Shown here piece after piece: positions 10,914 through 20,300 of a stretch of DNA of 64,000 bases. The DNA is taken from assembly GCA_903870275.1 (NCBI GenBank), contig CAIQCK010000121.1, positions 192,461 through 256,460 of the forward strand. The letters run 5' to 3'. The notes under the pieces are model-generated. The model was not told the origin of the DNA. It searched no databases and saw only the letters and a program-made list of their open reading frames with translations. This DNA is from an uncultured bacterium (GTDB taxonomy: Bacteria > Verrucomicrobiota > Verrucomicrobiia > CAIQCK01). Position numbers and translations under genes: made by a program. Numbering within the stretch: the stretch's first letter is position 1; each line of letters opens with the position of its first letter.

Positions 10914-11058
10914 TAACAGGAATGTTTGTGCAAGTCCTGGGCATTGTCAAGTTGCGCTGGAAACGCATATTCTCTCAGTAAATTCAGCGTAGTTGCGGAT
11001 GGTATGAGGAAACCCCGCGATATACGCCAAGTTAATAAGAGAAAAGGACAAACGGCTC
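10914..11058. promoter_or_regulatory. Divergent intergenic promoter region between the AraC regulator (-) and the corrinoid protein/MtaB operon (+).
   Basis: A 145-bp AT-richer spacer between divergently oriented starts. AAGGA lies 10 nt upstream of the 11059 ATG. Confidence 0.4.
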
Positions 11059-11691
11059 ATGAGTGAGTTGCAAAAACTGACCGAAGCGGTGGAGAAGGGC
11101 AATCGCAACGAGGCAACCCGGCTGGTGAGGTCGTTGCTCGATGTGGGCATGGCGCCGCTGGACATCGTCGAGAAGGCGCTGGTGCCTGCCATGGGAATCG
11201 TCGGCGAGAAATTCAAGATCAGCCAGATTTTTGTTCCTGAAATGCTCATCGCGGCCCGCGCGATGAAGGAGTGCATGGCCATCCTGGAACCGTTGCTGGT
11301 CAAGGCCGGCATCAAGCCGAAATACACCGCCGTCATCGGCACCGTGCAGGGTGATCTCCACGACATTGGCAAGAACCTCGTGGCGATGATGTGGAAGGGC
11401 GCGAACATCGCCGTCGTGGACCTCGGCACGAACGTGACGCCGGAAAAATTTGTTGCCGCGGTCAGGGAGCACGGTGCGCAGATCGTCGGCCTGTCCGCGT
11501 TGCTGACGACGACAATGCCGGCGATGAAAACGACGGTAAAAGAATTGCGGGCCGCCGGAATGAACGCCGTCAAGGTCGTCATTGGCGGCGCGCCGATCAC
11601 GCGGGAGTTTGCCAGCGAAATCGGCGCGGACGGCTTTAGCGCCGACGCGGCGACGGCCGTGGACGTCGTGCGCCAGCTTGTGGCCGCGTGA
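11059..11691 (+). CDS. mtaC: Cobalamin-binding corrinoid protein (MtaC/MtmC-like): a helical cap plus a Rossmann-type B12-binding domain.
   Basis: DxHxxG motif 'GDLHDIGKNLV', followed by 'GLSALLTTTMPAMKTTVKELRAAGM...KVVIGGAPIT'. Length is 210 aa, typical of methyltransferase-cognate corrinoid proteins. Confidence 0.85.
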   Translation: MSELQKLTEAVEKGNRNEATRLVRSLLDVGMAPLDIVEKALVPAMGIVGEKFKISQIFVPEMLIAARAMKECMAILEPLLVKAGIKPKYTAVIGTVQGDLHDIGKNLVAMMWKGANIAVVDLGTNVTPEKFVAAVREHGAQIVGLSALLTTTMPAMKTTVKELRAAGMNAVKVVIGGAPITREFASEIGADGFSADAATAVDVVRQLVAA

Positions 11692-11721
11692 GATTGCATC
11701 CCGCACCAAAGGAACATCACC

Positions 11722-13101
11722 ATGTCTAAATTCACCAGTCTCGCCATCACCAATCCCGCCGACCTCCGCTTCGGTGTCGCGCCGAAGCCGCTGGTCACGC
11801 GCCGCGGCATGACCATCGGCGGCGGCATCGTCTATCCCGAACTGAACTTTACGCTGCCGCCGATGTATGTGAACCAGGAGACCATGCCGGAAGTGCGGCG
11901 GCAGTATCAGCAGATCATCAGCGGCGCGTTGCAACGCGCCGTCGAACTCGAAGCGCCGGGGCTGGTCATCGAGTTCGAGACGCTGCCGCCGATGACCGAA
12001 AACCCCGCGTGGGGTATCGAACTGGCGCGCATTCTTCTCGATGCGATGGAGCAGGCGCACTCCAAACACGGCCTCTTGAGCGCCCTGCGCATGACGCCGA
12101 ACGACACGCGCGAAATGGAGCGCCCGCCCGTGATGCGCAGCGGCCAGCTCTGGGAGCGGATGCTGGAGACCTTCGAGGGCAGCGCCGCCGCCGGCGCGGA
12201 ACTGCTCAGCATCGAGTCGGTAGGCGGCAAAGAAGTTAATGACGATGCGCTCACGATGGGCGACATCAGCGCCGTGATCTTCGCGCTCTGCGTCATGGGC
12301 GTGCGCGACATGCGCTTCCTTTGGACCGCGCTGGACAAGATCGCGAAGCGGCACGGCGTCCACTGCGCCGGCGACACCGCGTGCGGTTTCGGCAACACGG
12401 CGATGGTGCTGGCGGAGCAAAGGATGATTCCGCGCGTGTTCGCCGCCGTCGTGCGCGCGGTGACGGCGGTGCGGACGCTGGTGGGTTATGAATGCGGCTG
12501 CGTCGGTCCGGGCAAGGATTGCGGCTACGAGAACCCGATCCTGAAAGCCATCACCGGTTTCCCGATGGCGATGGAAGGAAAGACCGCCGCCTGCGCGCAT
12601 TTCAGCCCGCTGGGCAACATCGCCGCCGCCACCTGCGACACGTGGAGCAACGAGTCGGTTCAGAACGTCAAGCTCCTCGCCGGCATGGCGCCGACGTGCT
12701 ACGTCGAGCAACTCATCTACGACTGCCGCCTGATGAATCTCGCGCTCGCCGACGGGCGCGACGCGGCGTTGCTCTATCGCAAATGGATGGTCGCTTCCGA
12801 CGCCGCGCTCGATCCGCAGGCGTATGTGCTCACGCCCGAAAACTGCATCGCCATCGCGCAGGCGATTGTTGCCGCGCCCGATTATTATCAGGCCGGCAAA
12901 GCCGCTGCGCTGACGGCGATAAGACTGCTTCGCGAAGGCCTGGCGGACGGTCGGGTCAAGATCGCCCAGCGCGAACTGCCGTGGCTGGATACGATGCAGG
13001 ACGCGGTTGAAGGGTTGCCGGCGAAAGAGGGCGACTTTATCAACCAGATGATGCCGCTGGTGGACACGGCGAAGTTCGTGGCGAAAGATTACGATTTGTA
13101 A
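11722..13101 (+). CDS. mtaB: MtaB-family methanol(-like substrate):corrinoid methyltransferase.
   Basis: Length is 459 aa. The N-terminal 'KFTSLAITNPADLRFGV...QRAVELEAPGLVIEFETL' closely parallels archaeal MtaB, which I recall as 'RYTSMAYANADEMTFGV...ERAVELGSPAVVLETEHV'. Cys-rich candidate Zn-ligand segments are present (VHCAGDTACGFG, GYECGCVGPGKDCGYENP). It lies 30 bp downstream of the corrinoid protein gene. Confidence 0.75.
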   Translation: MSKFTSLAITNPADLRFGVAPKPLVTRRGMTIGGGIVYPELNFTLPPMYVNQETMPEVRRQYQQIISGALQRAVELEAPGLVIEFETLPPMTENPAWGIELARILLDAMEQAHSKHGLLSALRMTPNDTREMERPPVMRSGQLWERMLETFEGSAAAGAELLSIESVGGKEVNDDALTMGDISAVIFALCVMGVRDMRFLWTALDKIAKRHGVHCAGDTACGFGNTAMVLAEQRMIPRVFAAVVRAVTAVRTLVGYECGCVGPGKDCGYENPILKAITGFPMAMEGKTAACAHFSPLGNIAAATCDTWSNESVQNVKLLAGMAPTCYVEQLIYDCRLMNLALADGRDAALLYRKWMVASDAALDPQAYVLTPENCIAIAQAIVAAPDYYQAGKAAALTAIRLLREGLADGRVKIAQRELPWLDTMQDAVEGLPAKEGDFINQMMPLVDTAKFVAKDYDL

Positions 13102-13112
13102 TCGGCCCGAAA

Positions 13113-13871
13113 CTACCGGGCCAGGGCCGCCACGTTTTGCCACGCCATCGCCAGTCCGACGGTGAGGACGAAGCCGGCGAAGGCTTTTCGGATGGCGTGT
13201 TCGGAGAGCCGGCCTTTGGCGGCGACGCCGCCCGCCATGCCGGCCGTGGCCGCGGCCAGAAACGCCAGCGCCAGCCACCAGTCGAACTGAACGTAGCGAA
13301 GCTGGCCCGCAAGCCCCGCCAGCGAGTTCAGCGCGATGACCGCCAGCGACGTGCCGGTGGCCTTCTTGATGTCCAGCCCTCCGAAGATTGTCAACGCCGG
13401 CACGATCAGGAATCCGCCGCCAATGCCCAGAAAACCGGTCAGCGCGCCGACAATCAGGCCGATGAGGGCGCAACGCGCCGGCCCCTGACTTACCGTGCGC
13501 GCCGCTTCGCGCCGTTCCCGGAGCAGCGTCACGCCCACGACAAGCATGATGGCGGAGAACACCGTCAGCAGCGCCGGCTGCGAGACCAGATGCGTCAGCC
13601 GCGCTCCTCCATACGCGCCGATCACGCCTGTCACGGCGAACAGCAGCGCCACGCGCGCGTCGAAATGCCCGCGGCGGTATTGCATGACGCTGCCGGCAAG
13701 GCTCGTGCCGCCGACCACGACGAGCGCCATCGCCACCGCCTCCGAAGCCGGAACGCGCGCCACATAAACCAGCACCGGCAGCGTGATCATCGTGCCGCCG
13801 CTGCCGAGCAGTCCAAGCGCCACGCCGATCAAGCTCGCCAGAAGCAACCCTGCTGTTATCTCGGTGTTCAT
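13113..13871 (-). CDS. TauE/SafE (TSUP, DUF81) family anion exporter.
   Basis: Length is 252 aa with about 8 TM helices. It has the duplicated 'GxGGG' halves (LLGSGGTMITLPVL and FLGIGGGFLIVPAL) typical of the TSUP family. Confidence 0.85.
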   Translation of the reverse strand: MNTEITAGLLLASLIGVALGLLGSGGTMITLPVLVYVARVPASEAVAMALVVVGGTSLAGSVMQYRRGHFDARVALLFAVTGVIGAYGGARLTHLVSQPALLTVFSAIMLVVGVTLLRERREAARTVSQGPARCALIGLIVGALTGFLGIGGGFLIVPALTIFGGLDIKKATGTSLAVIALNSLAGLAGQLRYVQFDWWLALAFLAAATAGMAGGVAAKGRLSEHAIRKAFAGFVLTVGLAMAWQNVAALAR

Positions 13872-14021
13872 TTAAGACAGCCTGTGAAGGCGGCGGCATC
13901 ATCGCAATCCAGCGTTGGCCTGGCAATAGTCATCAGTGCGATGATAACGGGCTTGGCAGGGCGCAAATACGCGGAACATAATGCGGCGCGCGAAAGGGTC
14001 GTCAACCGACAACGAAACAGA
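13872..14021. promoter_or_regulatory. Divergent promoter region between TauE (-) and P1 (+). It contains a 9-bp inverted repeat.
   Basis: 'catcatcgca' at 13898-13907 pairs with 'tgcgatgat' at 13938-13946, with a 30-nt spacer. Confidence 0.3.
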
Positions 14022-17000
14022 ATGATGAAGAGCAGATTATTGCTGAAGCCTTGGAAACAAATGGCCGTGTTGGCTTTGGCGTTTTTCGCGAGTGCCGGAG
14101 TTTCAAATGCCGGCGAAACAGCCGTCAACCCGGCTGTGCTCGCCAACGCGCGCGAAATTCAGGATGCCACCGGTGTTAAAGGTGGCCTTATCGTCCATGT
14201 CGGCTGCGGCGACGGCACGCTGACGGCGGCGCTGCGAACGAGCGACAGTTTTATTGTTCACGGCCTCGACGCCGATGCGGCAAACATCGCGGCGGCGCGG
14301 CAGCACATCCAGTCGCTCGGTCTTTACGGGCCGGTGTCGGTCGAGACGTGGAGCGGCAAGCGGCTGCCTTACGCCGACAACCTCGTCAACCTCGTCGTGG
14401 TCAGCGACGAATCATCGGTTGGCCGTAACGAAATTCTGCGCGTGCTGGCTCCCGGCGGCGCGGCGCTTATTGTCAATTCCCGGTCACCGGGGCCCGATTC
14501 CCGATGGGTGAAACCGCTTCCGGGCGACACGGATGAGTGGACCCATTTTCTTCACGACGCCGGCAACAACGCCGTCGCGCACGACGCGCGCGTGGCCGCG
14601 CCGCGGTCGCTGCAATGGAGCGCGCCGCCGCTCTGGCTGCGCAGCCACGAAACGCCGTCGGGCGTTGAGGCGATGGTTTGCGGCGGCGGGCGGTTGTTTT
14701 ACATCTTCGACGAAGGACTGGTGGGCATCACCGACCAGCGGCTGCCGGAGCGATGGGCGTTGCTCTGCCGCGACGCGTTCAACGGCAAACTGCTCTGGCG
14801 GCGGCCGATTGAGAAATGGGGCTGGCCGGAATGGGCGCCGGAGAAATTTTCCACCGATTGGACCACCATCGTTGGCGGACGCACGATCGTGCCCGATGAA
14901 AACCAGCGCCGGCTCGTGGTGGACGGCGACCGGCTTTACGCGACGCTGAGTTACCGCGCGCCGCTTTCCATCCTCGACGCGGCTACCGGCAAAACGCTCG
15001 CGACGGTCGCCGACACCGCGCCCGTGCGGCAGATCGTCGCGGCCGATGGCGTGGCCTTGGTTTATTCGCACGACGCCAAGCCCGAGGTGGGGCCGTTGAG
15101 GCCGAAAGGCAAGGGGATGGTCAACGACGCTCCGCAAGGCGCGTTGATCGCTGTGCGCGGCGCGACCGGCCAGGTGCTCTGGCGCAAGAGCATCCCTGCG
15201 CTGCGCGGGTTGTCGCTGGCGATTGACGGCGGGCGCGTGGTGTTTCAGCACGGCAAGACGCTGAGCGCCCTCGACTTGAAGACGGGCGAACAACGCTGGC
15301 AGGCCGAAATCGACGAGGCAAACGTCCGCACGCTGGTGGCCTGCGCCGGCGCGGTGGTTTTGCTGGGTCAAAAGGGCCTGGAGACGCGCGACGCTGCGAC
15401 AGGCAGTCTGCTGTGGCAAAAAGAAGTGCCGCTGGCTCGCGGCCTAGGCAGCGAGGGACTTTACATCGTCAACGGCGTCGTCTGGCCGGACATGATTTCG
15501 GTGGATGACGGCCAGCAGCCGGACCTCAAGAGCAAAAGCCCGAACGTGCTGGCCGTCGGATACGATCTGCGCACTGGTGAGGAGCGTAAACGCATCTTCG
15601 TCCAGAACCTTCGCAGCCCGGAGCATCACCACCGGTGTTACCGGAACAAGGCGACGGACCGGTTCCTCATCAGTTCGCTGGAAGGCACCGAGTTCCTCGA
15701 CTTGCGCGGCAGCGAGCACACGCAGAATAATTTCGTCCGCGGCGCGTGCCGGCTCGGCATGATGCCGTGCAACGGGATGCTCTACGCGCCGCCCGACCAG
15801 TGCTTCTGCGAGCCGGGCTCGAAGCTTCTGGGCTTCAAAGCGCTCGCGCCGGAGCGGCCGTTGGGCGCGGAGAATGAAGTTTCGGACGCGGAACGGCTCG
15901 AACGCGGTCCCGCCTACGGCGCGACAATCCAAAATCCAAAATCCAAAATCCAAAATTCAGAGGATTGGCCGACCTACCGTCATGACGCGGCGCGACACGG
16001 CTCGACGCCGGCCGCGGTCGCGACGCCGCTGGGCGAGACCTGGTGCGTAAAGCTGGGCGGCGGTCTGACACAACCGGTCGCGGCAGAGGACCGCGTTTAC
16101 GTCGCGTCGAGGGACACGCACGCGCTCCACGCGCTGGAGTTGAAGACGGGCAAGCCGCTGTGGACGTTTGTCGCGGGCGGGAGGATTGACTCGCCGCCGA
16201 CGCTTGTGAGCGGTCTGGTGTTGTTTGGCAGCGCCGACGGCCATGTCTATTGCCTGCGCGCTGCCGACGGCGCGCTGGCGTGGCGGTTTCTGGCCGCGCC
16301 GGGCGAGCGGCGCATCGTCGTGGACGACCAGATCGAATCGGCCTGGCCGGTCCACGGCAGCGTGTTGGAGCGCGACGGCGTCGTGTATTTCACTGCCGGC
16401 CGTTCGAGCTACCTCGACGGTGGCATCCGGTTCTACGCGCTTGAGCCGGCCACCGGCAAAGTGCTCCGCCAGGCGACGCTGGCCGGACCGTTCCCCGACG
16501 GCAAAACCACGCGCGACGTTTCCTTCTACATCAACGGCGCCAACAACGACGTGCTGGTCAGCGAAGGCGGTTCAATCTACATGCGCCAGAAGCGGCTGAC
16601 ACCGGCGCTCGCGGAGCAGACCGCCGGGGAACTTTCCAAAATGGGCGAGAAGGATGTGGGTCTGCACCTGTTCTCCACGGCCGGGCTGCTCGATGCGTCG
16701 TGGTATAACCGGACGTTCTGGATGTATTCGAAGCGCTGGCCCGGTTTTCAGCTTGCCAACCAGGCGCCCAAAAGCGGCCAACTGCTCGTCGTGGACGGCG
16801 AGCGCACCTTCGGCGTGCAGCCGTTCTATCGGCGGAATGTCCACAGCCCCATGTTTTTTCCGGCCAAGGAAGGTTACCTGCTCTTTGCCGACAGGAACGC
16901 AACCGAGCCGCAGATCGTCGGCGAGGAGGGTGCGCGCAAACCCGTGGTGTGGCTCCCGCAGTCCGACTACGAACGCGGCGGCGGCCGGGCGGTCGAGAAG

Positions 17001-17342
17001 CTCGACAATCCGGCGTTCGGCCTCGACAAAATGATCGGTTACACGCGCGCCGATCCGCCGTTGTGGACGCTGTGGTTGCCGGTGCGTGTTCGCGCGATGG
17101 TCAAGGCGGGCGACGCGCTTTTCGTCGCCGGCCCGCCTGATGTGCTCGACGCGGCCGATCCTTGTGCCGCGTTCGAGGGCCGCAAGGGCGCCAGCCTCGT
17201 CACCGTCTCCGCGGGCGACGGCAAGCAACTCGCCAAGCTCTCGCTGGACGCGCCGCCGGTTTTCGACGGCATGATCGCCGCCGCAGGGCGGTTGTTGATG
17301 GCACTCGAAAATGGAAATCTGATCTGTATTGCCAAAGAATGA
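14022..17342 (+). CDS. Paralog P1. Secreted multidomain protein: Sec signal, class-I SAM-MTase-fold domain, PQQ-like beta-propeller, conserved Cys motif, IQNPKSK linker, second PQQ-like beta-propeller, and a C-terminal region.
   Basis: The true start MMKSRLLLKPWKQMAVLALAFFASAGVSNA is in frame. The upstream 295 codons of the six-frame ORF are antisense to TauE. MTase motif I is 'LIVHVGCGDGTL'. The post-I acid is 'HGLDAD'. The motif II/III-like segment is 'LPYADNLVNLVVVSD'. PQQ-like blades include 'GKPLWTFVAGGRIDSPPTLVSGLVLFGSADGHVYCLRAADGALAWRF'. Confidence 0.8.
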   Translation: MMKSRLLLKPWKQMAVLALAFFASAGVSNAGETAVNPAVLANAREIQDATGVKGGLIVHVGCGDGTLTAALRTSDSFIVHGLDADAANIAAARQHIQSLGLYGPVSVETWSGKRLPYADNLVNLVVVSDESSVGRNEILRVLAPGGAALIVNSRSPGPDSRWVKPLPGDTDEWTHFLHDAGNNAVAHDARVAAPRSLQWSAPPLWLRSHETPSGVEAMVCGGGRLFYIFDEGLVGITDQRLPERWALLCRDAFNGKLLWRRPIEKWGWPEWAPEKFSTDWTTIVGGRTIVPDENQRRLVVDGDRLYATLSYRAPLSILDAATGKTLATVADTAPVRQIVAADGVALVYSHDAKPEVGPLRPKGKGMVNDAPQGALIAVRGATGQVLWRKSIPALRGLSLAIDGGRVVFQHGKTLSALDLKTGEQRWQAEIDEANVRTLVACAGAVVLLGQKGLETRDAATGSLLWQKEVPLARGLGSEGLYIVNGVVWPDMISVDDGQQPDLKSKSPNVLAVGYDLRTGEERKRIFVQNLRSPEHHHRCYRNKATDRFLISSLEGTEFLDLRGSEHTQNNFVRGACRLGMMPCNGMLYAPPDQCFCEPGSKLLGFKALAPERPLGAENEVSDAERLERGPAYGATIQNPKSKIQNSEDWPTYRHDAARHGSTPAAVATPLGETWCVKLGGGLTQPVAAEDRVYVASRDTHALHALELKTGKPLWTFVAGGRIDSPPTLVSGLVLFGSADGHVYCLRAADGALAWRFLAAPGERRIVVDDQIESAWPVHGSVLERDGVVYFTAGRSSYLDGGIRFYALEPATGKVLRQATLAGPFPDGKTTRDVSFYINGANNDVLVSEGGSIYMRQKRLTPALAEQTAGELSKMGEKDVGLHLFSTAGLLDASWYNRTFWMYSKRWPGFQLANQAPKSGQLLVVDGERTFGVQPFYRRNVHSPMFFPAKEGYLLFADRNATEPQIVGEEGARKPVVWLPQSDYERGGGRAVEKLDNPAFGLDKMIGYTRADPPLWTLWLPVRVRAMVKAGDALFVAGPPDVLDAADPCAAFEGRKGASLVTVSAGDGKQLAKLSLDAPPVFDGMIAAAGRLLMALENGNLICIAKE
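15926..15960 (+). repeat. In-frame heptanucleotide tandem repeat (aatccaa) of about 4.7 units inside P1. It encodes IQNPKSKIQNS.
   Basis: aatccaaaatccaaaatccaaaatccaaaattcag. Confidence 0.85.
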
Positions 17343-17349
17343 TCCAAGC

Positions 17350-20300
17350 ATGAACCGATTTGCGACCTGCACCCTCATCGCCGCGCTGGCTTGGGTTTCC
17401 GCCAACGCGGATCAACCGTCGGCGTCACAGATTCTCAAAGAGACCGGCATCCAAGGCGGCCTCGTCGTTCACGTCGGTTGCGGCGATGGCTCGTTGACGG
17501 CGGCATTGCGCGCGAACGACAGTTTTATTGTCCAGGGTCTCGATACCGACGCGAAGCATGTCGAGGCAGCGCGCAAGCACATCGCGTCGCTCGGCCTTTA
17601 CGGCAAGGTGACGGCGGAGCCGTGGGACGGCGGGCGGCTGCCTTACATCGAGAACTTCGTCAACCTCGTCGTGGTGAGCGAGGGGTGCCGTGTGGCGGAG
17701 GAGGAGATCATGCGCGTGCTTGCGCCCAACGGCGTGGCCATCGTCGGAAGCCGAAAGATCGTGAAGCCGCGGCCGAAGGAAATGGACGAGTGGACGCATT
17801 ACCTGCACGACCCCGGCAACAACGCCGTCGCGCATGATTCGCTGGTCGGCCCGCCGCGACAGTACCAGTGGATTGGCGGGCCACGCTGGTCGCGGCATCA
17901 CGACCACATGAGCAGTATCAGCGCAGTGGTCTCGGCCAATGGCCGGCTGTTCTACATCGTGGACGAAGGTCCGCGCGCCTCCATCCTGTTGCCGCCCCAA
18001 TGGTCGCTCGTCGCCCGCGATGCGTTCAACGGGACCATCCTCTGGACGCGTCCCATCCCGGAATGGAACACACAACTCTGGCCGCTCAAGAGCGGTCCCA
18101 ACCAGCTTCCGCGCAGGCTGGTGGCCGCCGGCGACCGCGTGTATGTCACGCTCGGCATTGACGCGCCGGTGAGCGAACTCGATGCAGCCACGGGCCGAAC
18201 GTTGCGCGCGTTCGAGGGCACGCAGGAAACCGACGAAATCCTGTTTTCCGACGGCATGCTGTTTCTGCTGGTGGCCGAAGCGCCGAACCAATGGAAGGAT
18301 TACCGGCCGAAGCACACCTACGTTTGGGACAACACAAACCGCGCGAACAAGGAATGGGCGTGGGACCGGCAGAGGCGTCACGTCATGGCTGTGGACGCCG
18401 GCAGCGGCCGCAAGCTCTGGAAATCCGAGCAACGCGTCGCGCCGCTGACGCTGGCGTTGGACACACAGCACGTGTTCTTCTACGACGGCGAGAAAACCGT
18501 CGCCTTGGACCGCAAGAGCGGCCAGCCGTTGTGGTCATCGGAACCGGTTCCTCACAAACAGCCGTTCCCGACCGGCTATGGGCCAACGCTGGTGGCGCAG
18601 GACGACGTGGTGCTGCTCTCCGTCGAGCGCTTGACCATGACCGCTTTCGCCGCAGCCACCGGCAAGAAGTTGTGGTCGGCCGAGCATCATCGCGGCGGCC
18701 ACGCTTCACCCGACGATTTGTTGGTCATTGACGGCCTCGTGTGGTCGGGCCGGATTGCGGATGGCAAGGACGATGGCGTTTTCACCGGTCGCGACCTGCG
18801 CACGGGCGAGGTCAAAAGCGAGTTCGCCTGCGACAACGTCAACTACTGGTTTCATCACCGCTGCTATCGCGCGAAGGCGACCGACCGGTTTATTCTGACC
18901 TCGCGCACGGGCACGGAGTTTGTGGATATCGCAGCGAAGCACTGGGACCTCAACCACTGGGTTCGCGGCGCGTGCCTCTACGGGGTGATGCCCGCCAACG
19001 GTCTGCTCTATGCGCCGCCGCATCCGTGCGCCTGCTACCTCGAATCGAAGCTGTCCGGTTTCAACGCACTCGCGCCGGCGCGCCCAACCATGGAACGTGG
19101 AGCGTCGAGCGTGGAGCGTCTCGAACGCGGCCCGGCCTTTGCGGAAATCCAAAACTCAAAAACCAAAATCCAAAATGCGGAAGATTGGCCCACCTACCGC
19201 AGCGACGCCGCCCGCAGCGGCTTTGCGAAAACGGATGTGCCGTCCGACCTCAAGCTTGCCTGGCAAGCGGACATCGGCGGCAAACTCAGCAGCGTCACGG
19301 TCGCGGACGGCCGGGTGTTCGTCGCGTCGGTGGACACGCACACGGTGCATGCGCTCGACGCGGCCACGGGCAAACCGGCGTGGACATTCACTGCCGGCGC
19401 ACGCGTGGATTCGCCGCCGACGATTTGGACGGGGCGCGTGCTCTTTGGCTCGGCCGATGGTTGGGTCTATTGTCTGCGCGCGGAGGACGGCGCGTTGGTG
19501 TGGCGGTTTCGCGCCGCGCCGGAAGAGCGGCGGATGATGGCCATTGAGCAGTTGGAATCGGTCTGGCCGGTTTCCGGCGCCGTGCTGGTGCGCGACGGTG
19601 TGGTGTTTTGCGTGGCCGGCCGCTCGGCGTTTCTCGACGGCGGCATGCGGCTGTTGCGGTTGGACGCGGCGACAGGCCGCGAATTATCCGAGACGGTCCT
19701 CAACGACCGCGACTTGTCCACTGGCGAGCCGCTGCAAAAATTCGTGCAACAACTCGACATGCCCACCGCCCTGCCGGATGTGCTTTCCTGCGACGGCCGC
19801 TCGGTATACATGCGCGCCCAGCGGTTTGACCTCAACGGCGCGCGGCAGGAGTTCGCGCCGATGGACCCCAAGGAACAAACGGGCGAGGGAGTGCATTTAT
19901 TCTCGCGCAGCGGCTTCCTCGACGACACCTGGTGGCACCGGTCCTTCTGGATGTATGGGCGGGGAGTGAAGTCCGGATACGGCGATTGGTTCAAGCCGGG
20001 AAACTACGCGCCGTCGGGCCGTTTGATGGTGTTCGACGATTTCGCGCTCTACAGCTTCGACCGCAAGCCGATGTCCATGTGCAACGCCTCGGTCTATGAT
20101 TACTATCTCTATGCCGCCGACAAACAGACCAAGGAGGAGGCCATCCAGCGCGTGACCGCCGCCAACGGCCGGATGAACGCTGCTTCGATCAAGAAGGTCG
20201 CATCCACTTCCGACTGGGCGCTGCGGAAAAAGTTCTCGCTCAGCGAACTCTCCGCCGCCGGCTTCAAGTGGGCGGAGGGCGATCTGCCGCTGCTGGCTCG

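Noticed and set aside
9826-10968. A 380-aa minus-strand ORF overlapping the AraC regulator in another frame.
   Set aside because: The AraC frame (10029-10913) has a complete cupin plus double HTH signature. The alternative frame is Arg/Pro/Ala-rich with no motif.
11032-13926. A 964-aa minus-strand ORF spanning the mtaC/mtaB region.
   Set aside because: It is antisense to two genes with clear family signatures (DxHxxG corrinoid protein, MtaB-like). Its translation is Arg/Gly/His-rich without motifs.
13137-14021. The 295-codon 5' extension of the six-frame ORF 13137-17342.
   Set aside because: This segment is antisense to the TauE/SafE gene. Its translation is Arg/Asp/His-rich nonsense. The in-frame Met at 14022 starts a canonical signal peptide, so that is taken as the true start.
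17329-17349. The TTG start for P2 proposed by the ORF track.
   Set aside because: The ATG at 17350 directly begins a signal peptide (MNRFATCTLIAALAWVSANA) and lies just downstream of the P1 stop. The TTG would add 7 residues overlapping P1.
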